A model generated the notes under the pieces. It ran no database searches and had not been told where the DNA came from. It saw only the letters and a program-made list of their open reading frames with translations. Position numbers and translations under genes: made by a program. From Candidatus Limnocylindria bacterium (lineage in GTDB: Bacteria > Chloroflexota > Limnocylindria > P2-11E), in contig JBGQFO010000002.1 in NCBI GenBank assembly GCA_041496945.1, positions 25,438 through 89,437 of the forward strand: a stretch of 64,000 nucleotides of DNA, written 5' to 3'. This document shows positions 1 to 8,747 of this stretch, in pieces. The number at the start of each line of letters is the position of its first letter. Position 1 is the stretch's first letter.

Positions 1-1289
1 TCGACGGCATCACCGAGATCTACGCCTCCGGTGGTGGCGTCAGCACGACGCCCAAGCGTTGCACCCTCACTCTGAGCCCATCGCTGGCTCCGGGTACCAC
101 GCACACCCTGACCGTGACCAACGAGAAGGACCTTGGTGGCAACACCCAGGGCACCAACCCGGGCACGGCCTCCTTCACCGTGACGACCTCGGCGGCTCTG
201 TCGAACATGACGATCGCCAGCGTCACGAACCCGGGCGGTAACACCGTCCGCATCACCTACAACGTCGACGTTGGAGTCATCGCCAGCACGTGGACGGTCA
301 AGACGACCCCGCTGGGCACGACGTCAGCGGCGACAGCCGTAGCGGCCGCAGCGGCCGCGAACGGCGCCACCAACGCGGTCGACATCGCCCTGGCGGCTAC
401 GCCGTTCGTGGCGGCGACCGAATGTCTCAACACCGCGACGACCTGCCTCCTGCAGATCAACAATGTCGCGGCTGACCCGGGCCTCAACGGTGAGGCGTTC
501 GTCCCTGGCGTCCAGTCGACGACCTTCACCATGACCCGCGACACCACTGGACCGACCCCCGTCAGCGTGACGCAGGTCGGCACCACCCAGGACACGTTCG
601 ACCTCAAGTGGAGCGAGAACGTGAGCGCGCCGCTCGCCTGTGCTGCGGCCGCGACATGCGTCGTTCGTATCAAGAGCGGAAGCACGATCGTCGCTTCGTC
701 GATCGTGAACGAGACCGCCGGCAGCTCCCTCACTCTGAACTTGGGTGATGGCCTCCTTGCAGGCGACACCAAGACCCGCATCACCCTGACCACGAACGGC
801 ACGGCGTACGCCAACGGCGCTGCGCCCACGGCCACTCTGCCCTACGGCACCTACATCCTGACCGCCGATGCGGCCACCGTGAACGACCTGTGGTTCACCC
901 CGAACGCGGCAAGCGCCGTCACGACGCTCCCGCTCGCTGTCGTGGACACCACTCGTCCGACCATGGCTGGCGCTATCGCCGCTGGTAACTGCGGCGCTGG
1001 CCAGTCCTGCAAGACGTTCACGTTCACGTTCAACGACAAGATGTCGACATCGGGCACGGCGTCCACACTCGACGTCTCGCACTACACCCTGAACGGCGCG
1101 GCGGTCACCGGCACGCTTCAGATCGATGCGACCGGCAAGATCGTCACGCTTGACATGATCTCGAGCGCTCCCTGCACCGCCGGCACGTCGCCGTGCGCAG
1201 AGAGCTTCGCGGTCACCGGTGTGGCGGACCTCGCGGGCAACCTGGTCAACCCGAGCCCGGCGCTGTTCAACTACGTTCGCACCTTCTAA
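1..1289 (+). CDS. Large secreted cell-surface protein with tandem Ig-like repeat modules; putative S-layer/surface glycoprotein. The 5' end lies outside the window.
   Basis: The reading frame is open from position 3. Repeat modules (for example TTHTLTVTNEKDLGGNTQGTNPGTASFTVTT and TTQDTFDLKWSENVSAPLACAAAATC) are homologous to modules of the downstream paralog 1465..3960. Composition is Thr/Ser/Ala/Gly-rich with paired Cys. The C-terminus NPSPALFNYVRTF resembles NPFVFNFSRTP of the paralog. Confidence 0.6.
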   Translation, partial: DGITEIYASGGGVSTTPKRCTLTLSPSLAPGTTHTLTVTNEKDLGGNTQGTNPGTASFTVTTSAALSNMTIASVTNPGGNTVRITYNVDVGVIASTWTVKTTPLGTTSAATAVAAAAAANGATNAVDIALAATPFVAATECLNTATTCLLQINNVAADPGLNGEAFVPGVQSTTFTMTRDTTGPTPVSVTQVGTTQDTFDLKWSENVSAPLACAAAATCVVRIKSGSTIVASSIVNETAGSSLTLNLGDGLLAGDTKTRITLTTNGTAYANGAAPTATLPYGTYILTADAATVNDLWFTPNAASAVTTLPLAVVDTTRPTMAGAIAAGNCGAGQSCKTFTFTFNDKMSTSGTASTLDVSHYTLNGAAVTGTLQIDATGKIVTLDMISSAPCTAGTSPCAESFAVTGVADLAGNLVNPSPALFNYVRTF

Positions 1290-1316
1290 CTGACGGGCTC
1301 GTCGCATCGCGACCTC

Positions 1317-1346
1317 GAGAGGGGCGGCCGCAAGGCCGCCCCTCTC
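1317..1346 (+). terminator. GC-rich hairpin: 13-bp stem GAGAGGGGCGGCC, GCAA loop, GGCCGCCCCTCTC, then TCTTT. Putative intrinsic terminator or repeat element.
   Basis: A perfect inverted repeat read directly in the sequence about 28 nt after the stop at 1289. A nearly identical copy follows the paralog at 3982..4009. Confidence 0.5.
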
Positions 1347-1464
1347 TCTTTGCCCGACCGGCCGAGCGCAGGCCGCCCCACGTTCGCTGACGTCTGCGTG
1401 TCTGTCGTGTTGTGCTACAAACATCACGCACCTCGAACGTCTACCTGCCGAAGGAGATCGAACA

Positions 1465-3960
1465 GTGCGACGGATGAAGGTCCTCACCACCACGGTCATC
1501 GCGGCGACGCTCGCGATCGGCATGCTCGCGGGCGCGACCCCCGCCAGCGCCGTAAACCCCGGCTTCCACGCCGCCTGGGTCGCGCAAAGCGCGTATGCCA
1601 CCGCTCAGCCCGGCCAGGTCATCCAGATGTCGGCCGTCTACCAGAACACCGGGGACCAGCCCTGGATCAGGGGGCAGCTCGGCACCCGCCAGGCGAACTT
1701 CGCGACGAACAACCCGCGCGACAACACCACGCTGTACGACGCCGGCTGGTCGGCCGGCCAGGGTTGGCTCAGCTCGAACCGCTTCGCGGCGCAGGCGAAC
1801 GACCTCGTGGCCACCAGCCAGAGCGCCTCGTGGATCTGGAACGCCAAGGTCCCGAGCGGTACTCCCTCCGGTGATGTCCTCTTCTGGGGCAACCCGGTCG
1901 TCGACGGCGTGTCCTGGATGGAGGACTACGGCTTCTTCCTGAAGGTCACCGTCCAGGCCGGGCCGGTCACGATCACCCAGACGCTCCCACCGTCACCCTC
2001 GACCGTGACCACACCGGTCGTGCAGGGCCTCGGCGCGGGCTCGGTCTGCGCCGTCACGATCAACGACGGGTCGGTCGCCGTCGCGAGCGGCAACTCCGAT
2101 GGGAGCGGCAACTTCTCGATCTCCGTCGGACCGCTGGCCACGGGCTCGCACAGCCTGTCGGCCTCGGCGCTGTGCGCCGGCAACGTCTTCCGCGGGTCGG
2201 CGAACAGCGTCGGGTACACCGTCTCGACCACCGGCGGTGGTGGAGGCTCGGGTGCCGCGACCGCGCTCAACACCCGCGAGATCCTCGTCACCTTCGGCCA
2301 GTGCGTCACGCCCGCCGGCACACCCGGCGGCTTCAACACCGCAGGCCCCAACGACGCGACGAACCCCCTCAACTACAGCCTCGATGGCGGCGGTGCCGGT
2401 GTCGGCATCACGCGCGTGACGATGGGCGGTGACAACGCCTCCGTGACCATCCTCACGACCGCCGCTCTGGCCAACCCGTCGGGTCACACCATCGTCGTGT
2501 CGAACGTGACCAACTGCAGCCTGGGGGCGGTCAGCACGATCACCGCGCCCTTCATCGTCAACGACCTGAGCGCGCCAACGCTGTCGCAGGTGACGGCCAG
2601 CGCGCTGGCCGCGGGGACCACGACGGCCGTCACCGTCCAGTGGAGCGAGCCCGTCGGGACCGCTGGATCGCCGGCCACCTGCATCGGCACGTACAACATC
2701 GACGGCATCTCGGCCGCCGCGAGCGGTCACCCCAGCACCAGCCCGACCGATCAGCGCAGCTGCGCGCTCACCGCGGGCCTGGCACTCGCCGCGGGCACGA
2801 CACACACCCTGCAGGCCACGAACGAGAAGGACCAGGGCGCGAACACCCAGTCCGGAAACCCGTCGTCCATCTCGTTCACCGTGGCGACCGTCTCGAACCT
2901 CGCCCTCGCGAGCATGTCGGGCACCACTGAGACCGTCATCACGATCGCCTGGAACGGCTCGGTCACCCCGGCCACAGGCGCCCCGACGTGCCAGACCCCG
3001 ACGCTCAACGGCATCGCCTGCTCCGTCGGCGCGCCGGCCGACGGCGTCCCAAGCCACCAGGACCTGACCCTGACCCTGCCGTTCGCCGTCGCCGGCTGCA
3101 GCGGCGGGCCTACCAGCTGTGTCATCGGCGTGAGCATCACCGGCGTCACCGGACCGGGCGGCGCCGTGATGGTGCCGGGCGTTCAGAGCAGCACCGCGAC
3201 CATCTTCAAGGACACCACGCCGCCCACGGTCGTGAGCGCGACCCAGGTCGGCACGACCCAGAACACCTTCGACCTCACCTGGTCGGAGAAGGTCTCCGCA
3301 CCGCTCGCCTGCGTGGCGGCCGGCACCTGCGCCATCCGCATCACCGATGGCACGAGCGCGATCGTCGCCTCGTCCATCGCCAATGAGAATGCGGGCGTCT
3401 CACTGACCATCAGCGCCTGCGACAACGTCGCGGCCGACAAGATCACGCGCTTCACGCTCCTCGCCAACGGCGCCGCCTACGCGACCTGCGCCGGTGCCGC
3501 GGCGACCCTCCCCGGCGCCAACTACACGCTCACGCTCGCTGCGGCGGTCGTGAACGACGTTGCCTCGACGCCCAACCCGAGCGGCGCAGGCAGCGTCGGG
3601 CTCACCATCGTCGACTCGACCAACCCGACCGCGGTCGGCGCGATCGTCGCCGGCAACTGTGGTGCGGGTCAGCCCTGCACCAACTTCACCTTCACGTTCA
3701 GCGAGAAGATGGCCACGAGCGGCGCCGGTTCGGTGCTCGACATCAGCCATTACAAGCTGAACACCCTTGCCATCGTGGGCGTCGTGACCGTGAACCCCGC
3801 GGGCACCGTGGTGACGCTCGTGCTCACCTCGAACGCGCCGTGCGCGGGCCCGGGCGCCTGCGCGGAGAGCTTCACCATCACCGGAGCCACGGACGCGAGC
3901 CTTCAGGCGAACGTCACCTCGCCGAACCCGTTCGTGTTCAACTTCTCGCGCACGCCGTAA
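1465..3960 (+). CDS. Large secreted cell-surface protein (831 aa) with an N-terminal signal peptide, a unique N-terminal domain and tandem Ig-like modules. It is a paralog of 1..1289. Putative S-layer/surface glycoprotein.
   Basis: Signal peptide MRRMKVLTTTVIAATLAIGMLAGATPASA. A GTG start at 1465 lies 9 nt after a GGAG Shine-Dalgarno. The C-terminal ~350 aa aligns with the protein 1..1289 (TWSEKVSAPLACVAAGTCAIRI, GAIVAGNCGAGQPCTNFTFTF). Composition is Thr/Ser/Gly/Ala-rich. Confidence 0.65.
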   Translation: MRRMKVLTTTVIAATLAIGMLAGATPASAVNPGFHAAWVAQSAYATAQPGQVIQMSAVYQNTGDQPWIRGQLGTRQANFATNNPRDNTTLYDAGWSAGQGWLSSNRFAAQANDLVATSQSASWIWNAKVPSGTPSGDVLFWGNPVVDGVSWMEDYGFFLKVTVQAGPVTITQTLPPSPSTVTTPVVQGLGAGSVCAVTINDGSVAVASGNSDGSGNFSISVGPLATGSHSLSASALCAGNVFRGSANSVGYTVSTTGGGGGSGAATALNTREILVTFGQCVTPAGTPGGFNTAGPNDATNPLNYSLDGGGAGVGITRVTMGGDNASVTILTTAALANPSGHTIVVSNVTNCSLGAVSTITAPFIVNDLSAPTLSQVTASALAAGTTTAVTVQWSEPVGTAGSPATCIGTYNIDGISAAASGHPSTSPTDQRSCALTAGLALAAGTTHTLQATNEKDQGANTQSGNPSSISFTVATVSNLALASMSGTTETVITIAWNGSVTPATGAPTCQTPTLNGIACSVGAPADGVPSHQDLTLTLPFAVAGCSGGPTSCVIGVSITGVTGPGGAVMVPGVQSSTATIFKDTTPPTVVSATQVGTTQNTFDLTWSEKVSAPLACVAAGTCAIRITDGTSAIVASSIANENAGVSLTISACDNVAADKITRFTLLANGAAYATCAGAAATLPGANYTLTLAAAVVNDVASTPNPSGAGSVGLTIVDSTNPTAVGAIVAGNCGAGQPCTNFTFTFSEKMATSGAGSVLDISHYKLNTLAIVGVVTVNPAGTVVTLVLTSNAPCAGPGACAESFTITGATDASLQANVTSPNPFVFNFSRTP

Positions 3961-3981
3961 CGGCGACGTAGCAGTCAGCGG

Positions 3982-4009
3982 GAGAGGGCGGCCGCAAGGC
4001 CGCCCTCTC
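3982..4009 (+). terminator. GC-rich hairpin GAGAGGGCGGCC-GCAA-GGCCGCCCTCTC, a near-identical copy of the hairpin at 1317..1346.
   Basis: A perfect inverted repeat about 22 nt after the stop at 3960, with the same stem and loop sequence as the hairpin after the paralog. Confidence 0.5.
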
Positions 4010-4037
4010 TCATTGCGTCTGGTACGTTCGATGGACG

Positions 4038-5144
4038 GTGCTGAAGAGGTCGCTGGCCGCATCCCGATCCCGACTGGCGCTGGCCGGCGCGGGCCTCATC
4101 CTCGCGGGCGCGTGCATCGGCCAGGCCACGCCGTCACCCACGCCGTCCGCGACAGCGACCCCGACGGTCGTGGCGGAGTCACCGACGCCGACCCCGCCAC
4201 CGCCGACGCCCTCGCCCTCACCGGCGCCGACGCCGTCACAGGAGCCGACCGAGCATCCGAGCGTCTGCACCGGTCGCGACCCGAATGCGCAGGTGTACAG
4301 CCCGCAGCGGCGCACCGTCCTCCAGCTGTGCGTCAACGTGAACGGCGTCGTCGCGTCGGTCACACATCAGGCCGACGGTGACACGCGCCTCGTGCTCACC
4401 CTCGACTACGGGTACGAGTCGGTGCTGTCGTACGCGAACCTGAGCGACCCGAGCGGGCAGTTCGCGGTGAAGATCGTCTGCACGCCACCGATCGGCCCCG
4501 AGGCGACCGACGCCTGCCGCGGGTACACCAGCGCGATCGCGATCCCGGCGGTGGGCGCGCACATCCAGGCCACCGGGCCACTCGTGCGCGACGTGGCCAC
4601 CGGCCAGAACCTGATCCAGCCGGCGTACGTCCTGACCCCGCTCCTCTCGCCCCCGGTCGCCGCGCCGAAGGAGGTGCAGGACGCGAGGTCGCTGTGGACC
4701 CAGATCCGGCAGAAGTGGCCGGCCATCCCACCGGCGATCGTGCTTGCGGACGACTTCGGCGCGATCGAGGCGGCGTCGGCCTCGCTGCAGCCCGATGGGA
4801 TCGCGCACGTGTTCGTCGGCCGCTCCGCCACGGTGCACGACGTGTGGCACGAGGCCGGTCACATCCTGCATGCCGCGGCGATGCGCGCACGCGGCCACAC
4901 GGCGCTCCTCTTCACCGTCCAGGACGACGTCGGGATCGCGTACTGGTCGGCCCGCGGCTACCCCGGCCTGTGGGGTGACCATCTGGTCGGCGGCAACTGG
5001 GGCACCATCGCCTACGAGGAGCTGGCGGAGAGCTTCGCCGCGGTGAACCTCGGCGACGCCGAGCGGACCTTTACGTATGGCGTACCGCTCGATCGGGGCA
5101 ACATGCTCGCGTTCTTCGTGTCGATCGCGCCGTTAGCGCGCTGA
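4038..5144 (+). CDS. Lipoprotein with a Pro/Thr-rich linker and an HExxH motif; putative zinc metallopeptidase-like lipoprotein.
   Basis: Signal peptide with lipobox LAGAC. Long PTPSP linker. HEAGH motif in VWHEAGHILHAAAM. GTG start. Confidence 0.55.
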   Translation: MLKRSLAASRSRLALAGAGLILAGACIGQATPSPTPSATATPTVVAESPTPTPPPPTPSPSPAPTPSQEPTEHPSVCTGRDPNAQVYSPQRRTVLQLCVNVNGVVASVTHQADGDTRLVLTLDYGYESVLSYANLSDPSGQFAVKIVCTPPIGPEATDACRGYTSAIAIPAVGAHIQATGPLVRDVATGQNLIQPAYVLTPLLSPPVAAPKEVQDARSLWTQIRQKWPAIPPAIVLADDFGAIEAASASLQPDGIAHVFVGRSATVHDVWHEAGHILHAAAMRARGHTALLFTVQDDVGIAYWSARGYPGLWGDHLVGGNWGTIAYEELAESFAAVNLGDAERTFTYGVPLDRGNMLAFFVSIAPLAR

Positions 5145-5180
5145 CGTCGGCGGCGACCGGAGTTGGGTAGTCTGTAGGCG

Positions 5181-5846
5181 GTGCGGATCCTCTCCCTTAG
5201 AACGCCGGTGTGGACGTGGCTTGTCCTCCTCATCGCCACGCTCGTCGGCGGCTGGACCTTCAACACGGTGCACGCGCACGGTCGCCTTCTCGCGGAGGGC
5301 AGCGGTGAGCCGATCACCGTCGCCACGCTGACATACGGCCAGCGGCAGTACTCGGTCTCCGATACCGGCCAGTTCGACATCGCCGATCTCCCCCGCGGCG
5401 CGAAGATCACCGTGCTGGCGCCCGGCTGGACGCGCAAGGAGTTCAGCGCCGACGAGACCGAGGTGCGCCTCACCGTCGGAGTCGTGAACTTCAACGTGTC
5501 CAACGCGACGAACAAGGCTCTGATCGCGAAGCCCGAGGCTCGTGATGGGGCCGATCACAACAAGACGCTGGGCACCGGCACGGACACCGGCTCGATCGCG
5601 GTCCCGCTCCCGCCGCCGGACATCTTCATCTGCGCGACGGACTACGAGGCACAGACCATCCACGTCGTCCGACCGATCCACGACGTGGCGCTGCAGCCGA
5701 AGACTGGCGAGACCTGCCCTGTGCCGCCACCGCCCTCGCCGAGCCCCAGCCCCAGCGGCAGCGCCGCGCCGAGCGGCAGCCCTGCACCGAGTGGGAGCGG
5801 GTCGGTCGGTCCGAGCGCCTCGCCGGCGCCCTCGAGCAGCCCCTAG
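5181..5846 (+). CDS. Hypothetical membrane-anchored or secreted protein with a C-terminal Pro/Ser-rich low-complexity tail.
   Basis: GTG start, N-terminal hydrophobic segment WTWLVLLIATLVGGW, C-terminal PPPPSPSPSPSGSAAPSGSPAPSGSGS. The ORF ends just before the convergent gene 5863..6702. Confidence 0.45.
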   Translation: MRILSLRTPVWTWLVLLIATLVGGWTFNTVHAHGRLLAEGSGEPITVATLTYGQRQYSVSDTGQFDIADLPRGAKITVLAPGWTRKEFSADETEVRLTVGVVNFNVSNATNKALIAKPEARDGADHNKTLGTGTDTGSIAVPLPPPDIFICATDYEAQTIHVVRPIHDVALQPKTGETCPVPPPPSPSPSPSGSAAPSGSPAPSGSGSVGPSASPAPSSSP

Positions 5847-5862
5847 GAGCGACGCGCGCCGG

Positions 5863-6702
5863 TCACTGGACCGCGATCGTGCCGAGCGTGTAGTAGCCCG
5901 GCGTCAGCCCGTAGTTCACGCGCAGCGGCTGAGCTCCCCGCGGGACGCGGCCGGAGATCGAGAGCACGATGTTCCCGTTGATGTCGGGCCGCGCGATCGC
6001 GCTCGTCATCGCCCCGGTGTCGGGGTCGCCGAGGAAGACCGTGAGGCTCTCATAGGGCTGCCCGGGCGGAAGCACGACCGAGAAGACACCGCGCAGGTCG
6101 GAGCCCTGGGTGATCGTCGAGGGGCCGGAGTACACGATCTGCGTCCCGGTCTTCAGACGGACGCTGAGCCGGATCGTCTGAGGGAGGCGCGGCGCCGGCG
6201 CGACGGTCGGCGGCTCCGGTGCCGGCGCGCTCGTCACCTCGACGCTCGCTCCTGGCGTCGGGCTGCTCGCTGACGGCGCGGTCGCCGCGGCCGGCGCGAC
6301 CGGGCCCGTCGACGAGGCCGCCGCCGGATCGCGCGGGCCAAGGATCGTCGCGCTCGCGACGATCGCGGCACTCGCGAGGAGCACGAGCAGGCCGACACCG
6401 GCGGCGAGCGGGCGGCGCGAGCCGGCCGCCTTGTCGGCGCGCGACTGCGTCTCTCCGACAGCCAGCGCGTTCGTCGTGGGAGCGCGATGGCCATCGGTGA
6501 TCGCCTCGCTGAACATCCGCGCTCGCGGACCGAGGATCGTGCTCGTCCAGTGGCCGTTCTGCGGATCCAGGAAGTAGGTCTGCACCGCCTGCATGTCGAT
6601 CGGCGCCGCGGGCGGGCGGGCAGCGTCCTCAGGGCCGCGTTCCCTGACCCACGCCTTACTGCGCGGATCCCAGGAGAAGACGATGGCGATGTCGGTGCTC
6701 AT
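5863..6702 (-). CDS. Hypothetical single-pass membrane protein with a cytoplasmic N-terminal domain, one TM segment and an extracellular Ala/Pro/Ser/Thr-rich region.
   Basis: ORF of 279 aa. TM segment LAAGVGLLVLLASAAIVASATIL followed by a PT-rich linker and a C-terminal domain. Confidence 0.5.
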   Translation of the reverse strand: MSTDIAIVFSWDPRSKAWVRERGPEDAARPPAAPIDMQAVQTYFLDPQNGHWTSTILGPRARMFSEAITDGHRAPTTNALAVGETQSRADKAAGSRRPLAAGVGLLVLLASAAIVASATILGPRDPAAASSTGPVAPAAATAPSASSPTPGASVEVTSAPAPEPPTVAPAPRLPQTIRLSVRLKTGTQIVYSGPSTITQGSDLRGVFSVVLPPGQPYESLTVFLGDPDTGAMTSAIARPDINGNIVLSISGRVPRGAQPLRVNYGLTPGYYTLGTIAVQ

Positions 6703-6840
6703 GTGTCTTGAGAACTAACGAGCAGGGCGCCTATTGCGAAGGTCAGGCCGAGTAGCCCATTTGGCGCCGGACACGAAGCGGCCCGCCGACGGAGTGGCGG
6801 GCCGCTCGACGCAGGGGGATGGAGATAGAGATGGGAGGTC

Positions 6841-7782
6841 TTAGTCGTCGCCCTTCCCGTCGTGCCCGTCCTTGTTCTTCAGGTCGGGTGATCGGCTGGC
6901 ACGGGGCGATCTGCTCGCGGTCGCGGTCGCTGCCGGCAGGCTGGACTTCGCGGTGTCGAAGACCAGCTTCATGGCGGCGACAGCGTTGTCGGCGATGGTC
7001 TTGGGATCGTTCGACGTTCCGGTCGTCGCCGTCGGGGTCGGTGTCGGCACGGGCGATGTCGTCGCGGTCGGCGTTGGCGACGGCGACGGGCTCGCGCTCG
7101 TGGTGACAACGGTCACGGTGGGGTTCTGGCCGAAGAGCTTGTTGAAGAAGACGACCAGGAAGTTGCCTTCCGCGCGGCCCGTCGACTTCTGACCGTCTTC
7201 CTTGTCGTTGTCGTTCTGGTCGTTCTCGTCCTCGTCGTCGTCCTTGCCCTTCGGGCAGGTGGACGTCGCGTGGATCGCCGTGACGGCGTTCTGACGGATC
7301 TGCTTGAGCTGCTTATCGGCGTCCTCGATGACCTTCTGCGCCGCGTCGCCCTTGTTGTCCTTGCGCAGGTGCTCGAGGTCGGTGTGGAACTGCGAGAAGG
7401 CGCGGTCCACCGTCTTCACGGCGTCCGCTGCGGCCTTCGCCTGGCTGTTGCAGGCCGACGGGGATGACGATGGCGATGAGCTCGGTGAGCCCGTCGGTGA
7501 TGCGGTCGGAGATCCGGTCGGCGATGCGGTCGCGCTTGCGGAGGCCGAGGCGCTCGCGGAGGCGGTCGCTGTGGCACTCGCGCTGGCCGATGGACTCGCC
7601 GAGCCAGAAGGGCTCGGGCTCGCCTCGGTGATCGTGATCGTGGTGACGCCGTTCTGCACGGTCGCCGTGACGAGGGCGCCGGTGGTCCCGATAAGGAACA
7701 CGCCCGCGATGAGGCCCGTCTTCGCGTGCAGGAACAGCTCGAAAAGGCGCTCGAACATGAGGGGGGTCCCTCCTCTCTGCAC
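6841..7782 (-). CDS. Hypothetical membrane-anchored secreted protein with Ser/Ala/Thr low-complexity regions and an acidic D/E/N/K-rich stretch. Its GC content is lower than its surroundings.
   Basis: ORF of 313 aa. The likely true start is the internal Met of MFERLFELF at about 7758. N-terminal TM segment GLIAGVFLIGTTGALV. GC is about 60% against about 70% for the flanks. Confidence 0.45.
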   Translation of the reverse strand: MQRGGTPLMFERLFELFLHAKTGLIAGVFLIGTTGALVTATVQNGVTTITITEASPSPSGSASPSASASATATASASASASASATASPTGSPTASPTGSPSSSPSSSPSACNSQAKAAADAVKTVDRAFSQFHTDLEHLRKDNKGDAAQKVIEDADKQLKQIRQNAVTAIHATSTCPKGKDDDEDENDQNDNDKEDGQKSTGRAEGNFLVVFFNKLFGQNPTVTVVTTSASPSPSPTPTATTSPVPTPTPTATTGTSNDPKTIADNAVAAMKLVFDTAKSSLPAATATASRSPRASRSPDLKNKDGHDGKGDD

Positions 7783-7845
7783 GTCGAACGGGCGAGGCCC
7801 CCCATCGTTAGGCGGCAGAGGGGGCTCCGGGCCAGATATCCGCGA

Positions 7846-7859
7846 AAATCGCGCGATTT
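7846..7859. promoter_or_regulatory. AT-rich perfect 14-nt palindrome AAATCGCGCGATTT in the region upstream of the minus-strand gene 6841..7782; candidate operator.
   Basis: Read directly in the sequence. It is an unusual AT-rich dyad in a genome of about 70% GC. No U-run follows on either strand, so a terminator is less likely. Confidence 0.3.
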
Positions 7860-7908
7860 GGCGCTCTGGAAGGGCCGCGCCGTTGGTACTAGCCCTTCTG
7901 GCTGGGGG

Positions 7909-8727
7909 TCAGCCGGCCTCGCGCGCGAAGCGGATGACCGCCTTCGCGAGCTCCGTCGGCCGATCCAACGCGACGTTATGGCCGGCCTCCAGCTCGACCA
8001 GACGCGCCTGCGGGAGGGTCGCGAGCATCTGGCGCGCCGTCGCGTCCGCCAACGACGACGAGCGGGTCCCGCGGACCACGAGCACCGGACACGCGATCTC
8101 GCCGAGCCGGCCCCACACGCGCGGGCTGCTCAGCGCGCTGTCGTCGAGGATCTTCCGCAGGGCCTCCTTCGACGACCGCCAGACCAAGCCCCCGCCGTCG
8201 TCGCGCCGGAAGACCCAGGCCATCCGGTTCGCGTAGACGGCGTCGCTGTATTCGGGCGAGGTCTGGTGAAGGTAGGCGAGAGCCGATGCCTCCTCGGCGA
8301 AACGGTCCGGCCGCTCGAGGGTCAGACGCCGCGCGCGGGAGCTGCCCGCCTCTTCGATCCGCGGGCCGACGTCGACGAGCACGAGCGCCTGGACCCGGTC
8401 GGGGTGCGCGAGGGTGAGCGCCGCGGCGTGGAAGCCACCCATCGAATGCCCGACGACGATCGGCCGCCGCAGCGGCAGGGCGTCCATGACCGCGACCGCA
8501 TCCGCGACGAAATCCTCCGGCGCGTACCCGGCCGCGGGCGCTTCGCTGTCGCCGTGCCCGCGCGCATCCGGCGCGACGAGGCGCATCCGTCCGGCGACCC
8601 GGTGCGCGAAGAGGTCCCAGTAGCGGCCGTAGTTCCCGATGCCGTGCAGGAGCAGCGCACCCGGCGGGTCGCCCGGCCATTCCCACACGCGCAGACCCAG
8701 CACGGTCGACGATCGCGGCACGTTCAC
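7909..8727 (-). CDS. Alpha/beta hydrolase fold protein.
   Basis: Nucleophile elbow GHSMGG, HG oxyanion motif LLLHGIG, and typical length of 272 aa. Confidence 0.75.
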   Translation of the reverse strand: MNVPRSSTVLGLRVWEWPGDPPGALLLHGIGNYGRYWDLFAHRVAGRMRLVAPDARGHGDSEAPAAGYAPEDFVADAVAVMDALPLRRPIVVGHSMGGFHAAALTLAHPDRVQALVLVDVGPRIEEAGSSRARRLTLERPDRFAEEASALAYLHQTSPEYSDAVYANRMAWVFRRDDGGGLVWRSSKEALRKILDDSALSSPRVWGRLGEIACPVLVVRGTRSSSLADATARQMLATLPQARLVELEAGHNVALDRPTELAKAVIRFAREAG

Positions 8728-8747
8728 AGCCTAGACTCGCGAGCGTC

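Noticed and set aside
324-1601. Long antisense ORFs opposite real genes, for example 324..1601(-), 1993..3057(-), 10821..11981(-), 16287..17651(-), 19623..20927(-), 23008..25302(-), 42352..44274(-), 44917..46908(-), 46701..48221(-) and 49386..50438(-).
   Set aside because: They are Arg/Ala/Gly-rich translations typical of alternate frames in 70% GC DNA. They carry no motifs and overlap well-supported genes on the other strand.
5542-6273. Plus-strand ORF 5542..6273 (243 aa, Arg-rich) overlapping two convergent genes.
   Set aside because: It is a low-complexity Arg/Pro/Ala translation of an alternate frame and has no support.
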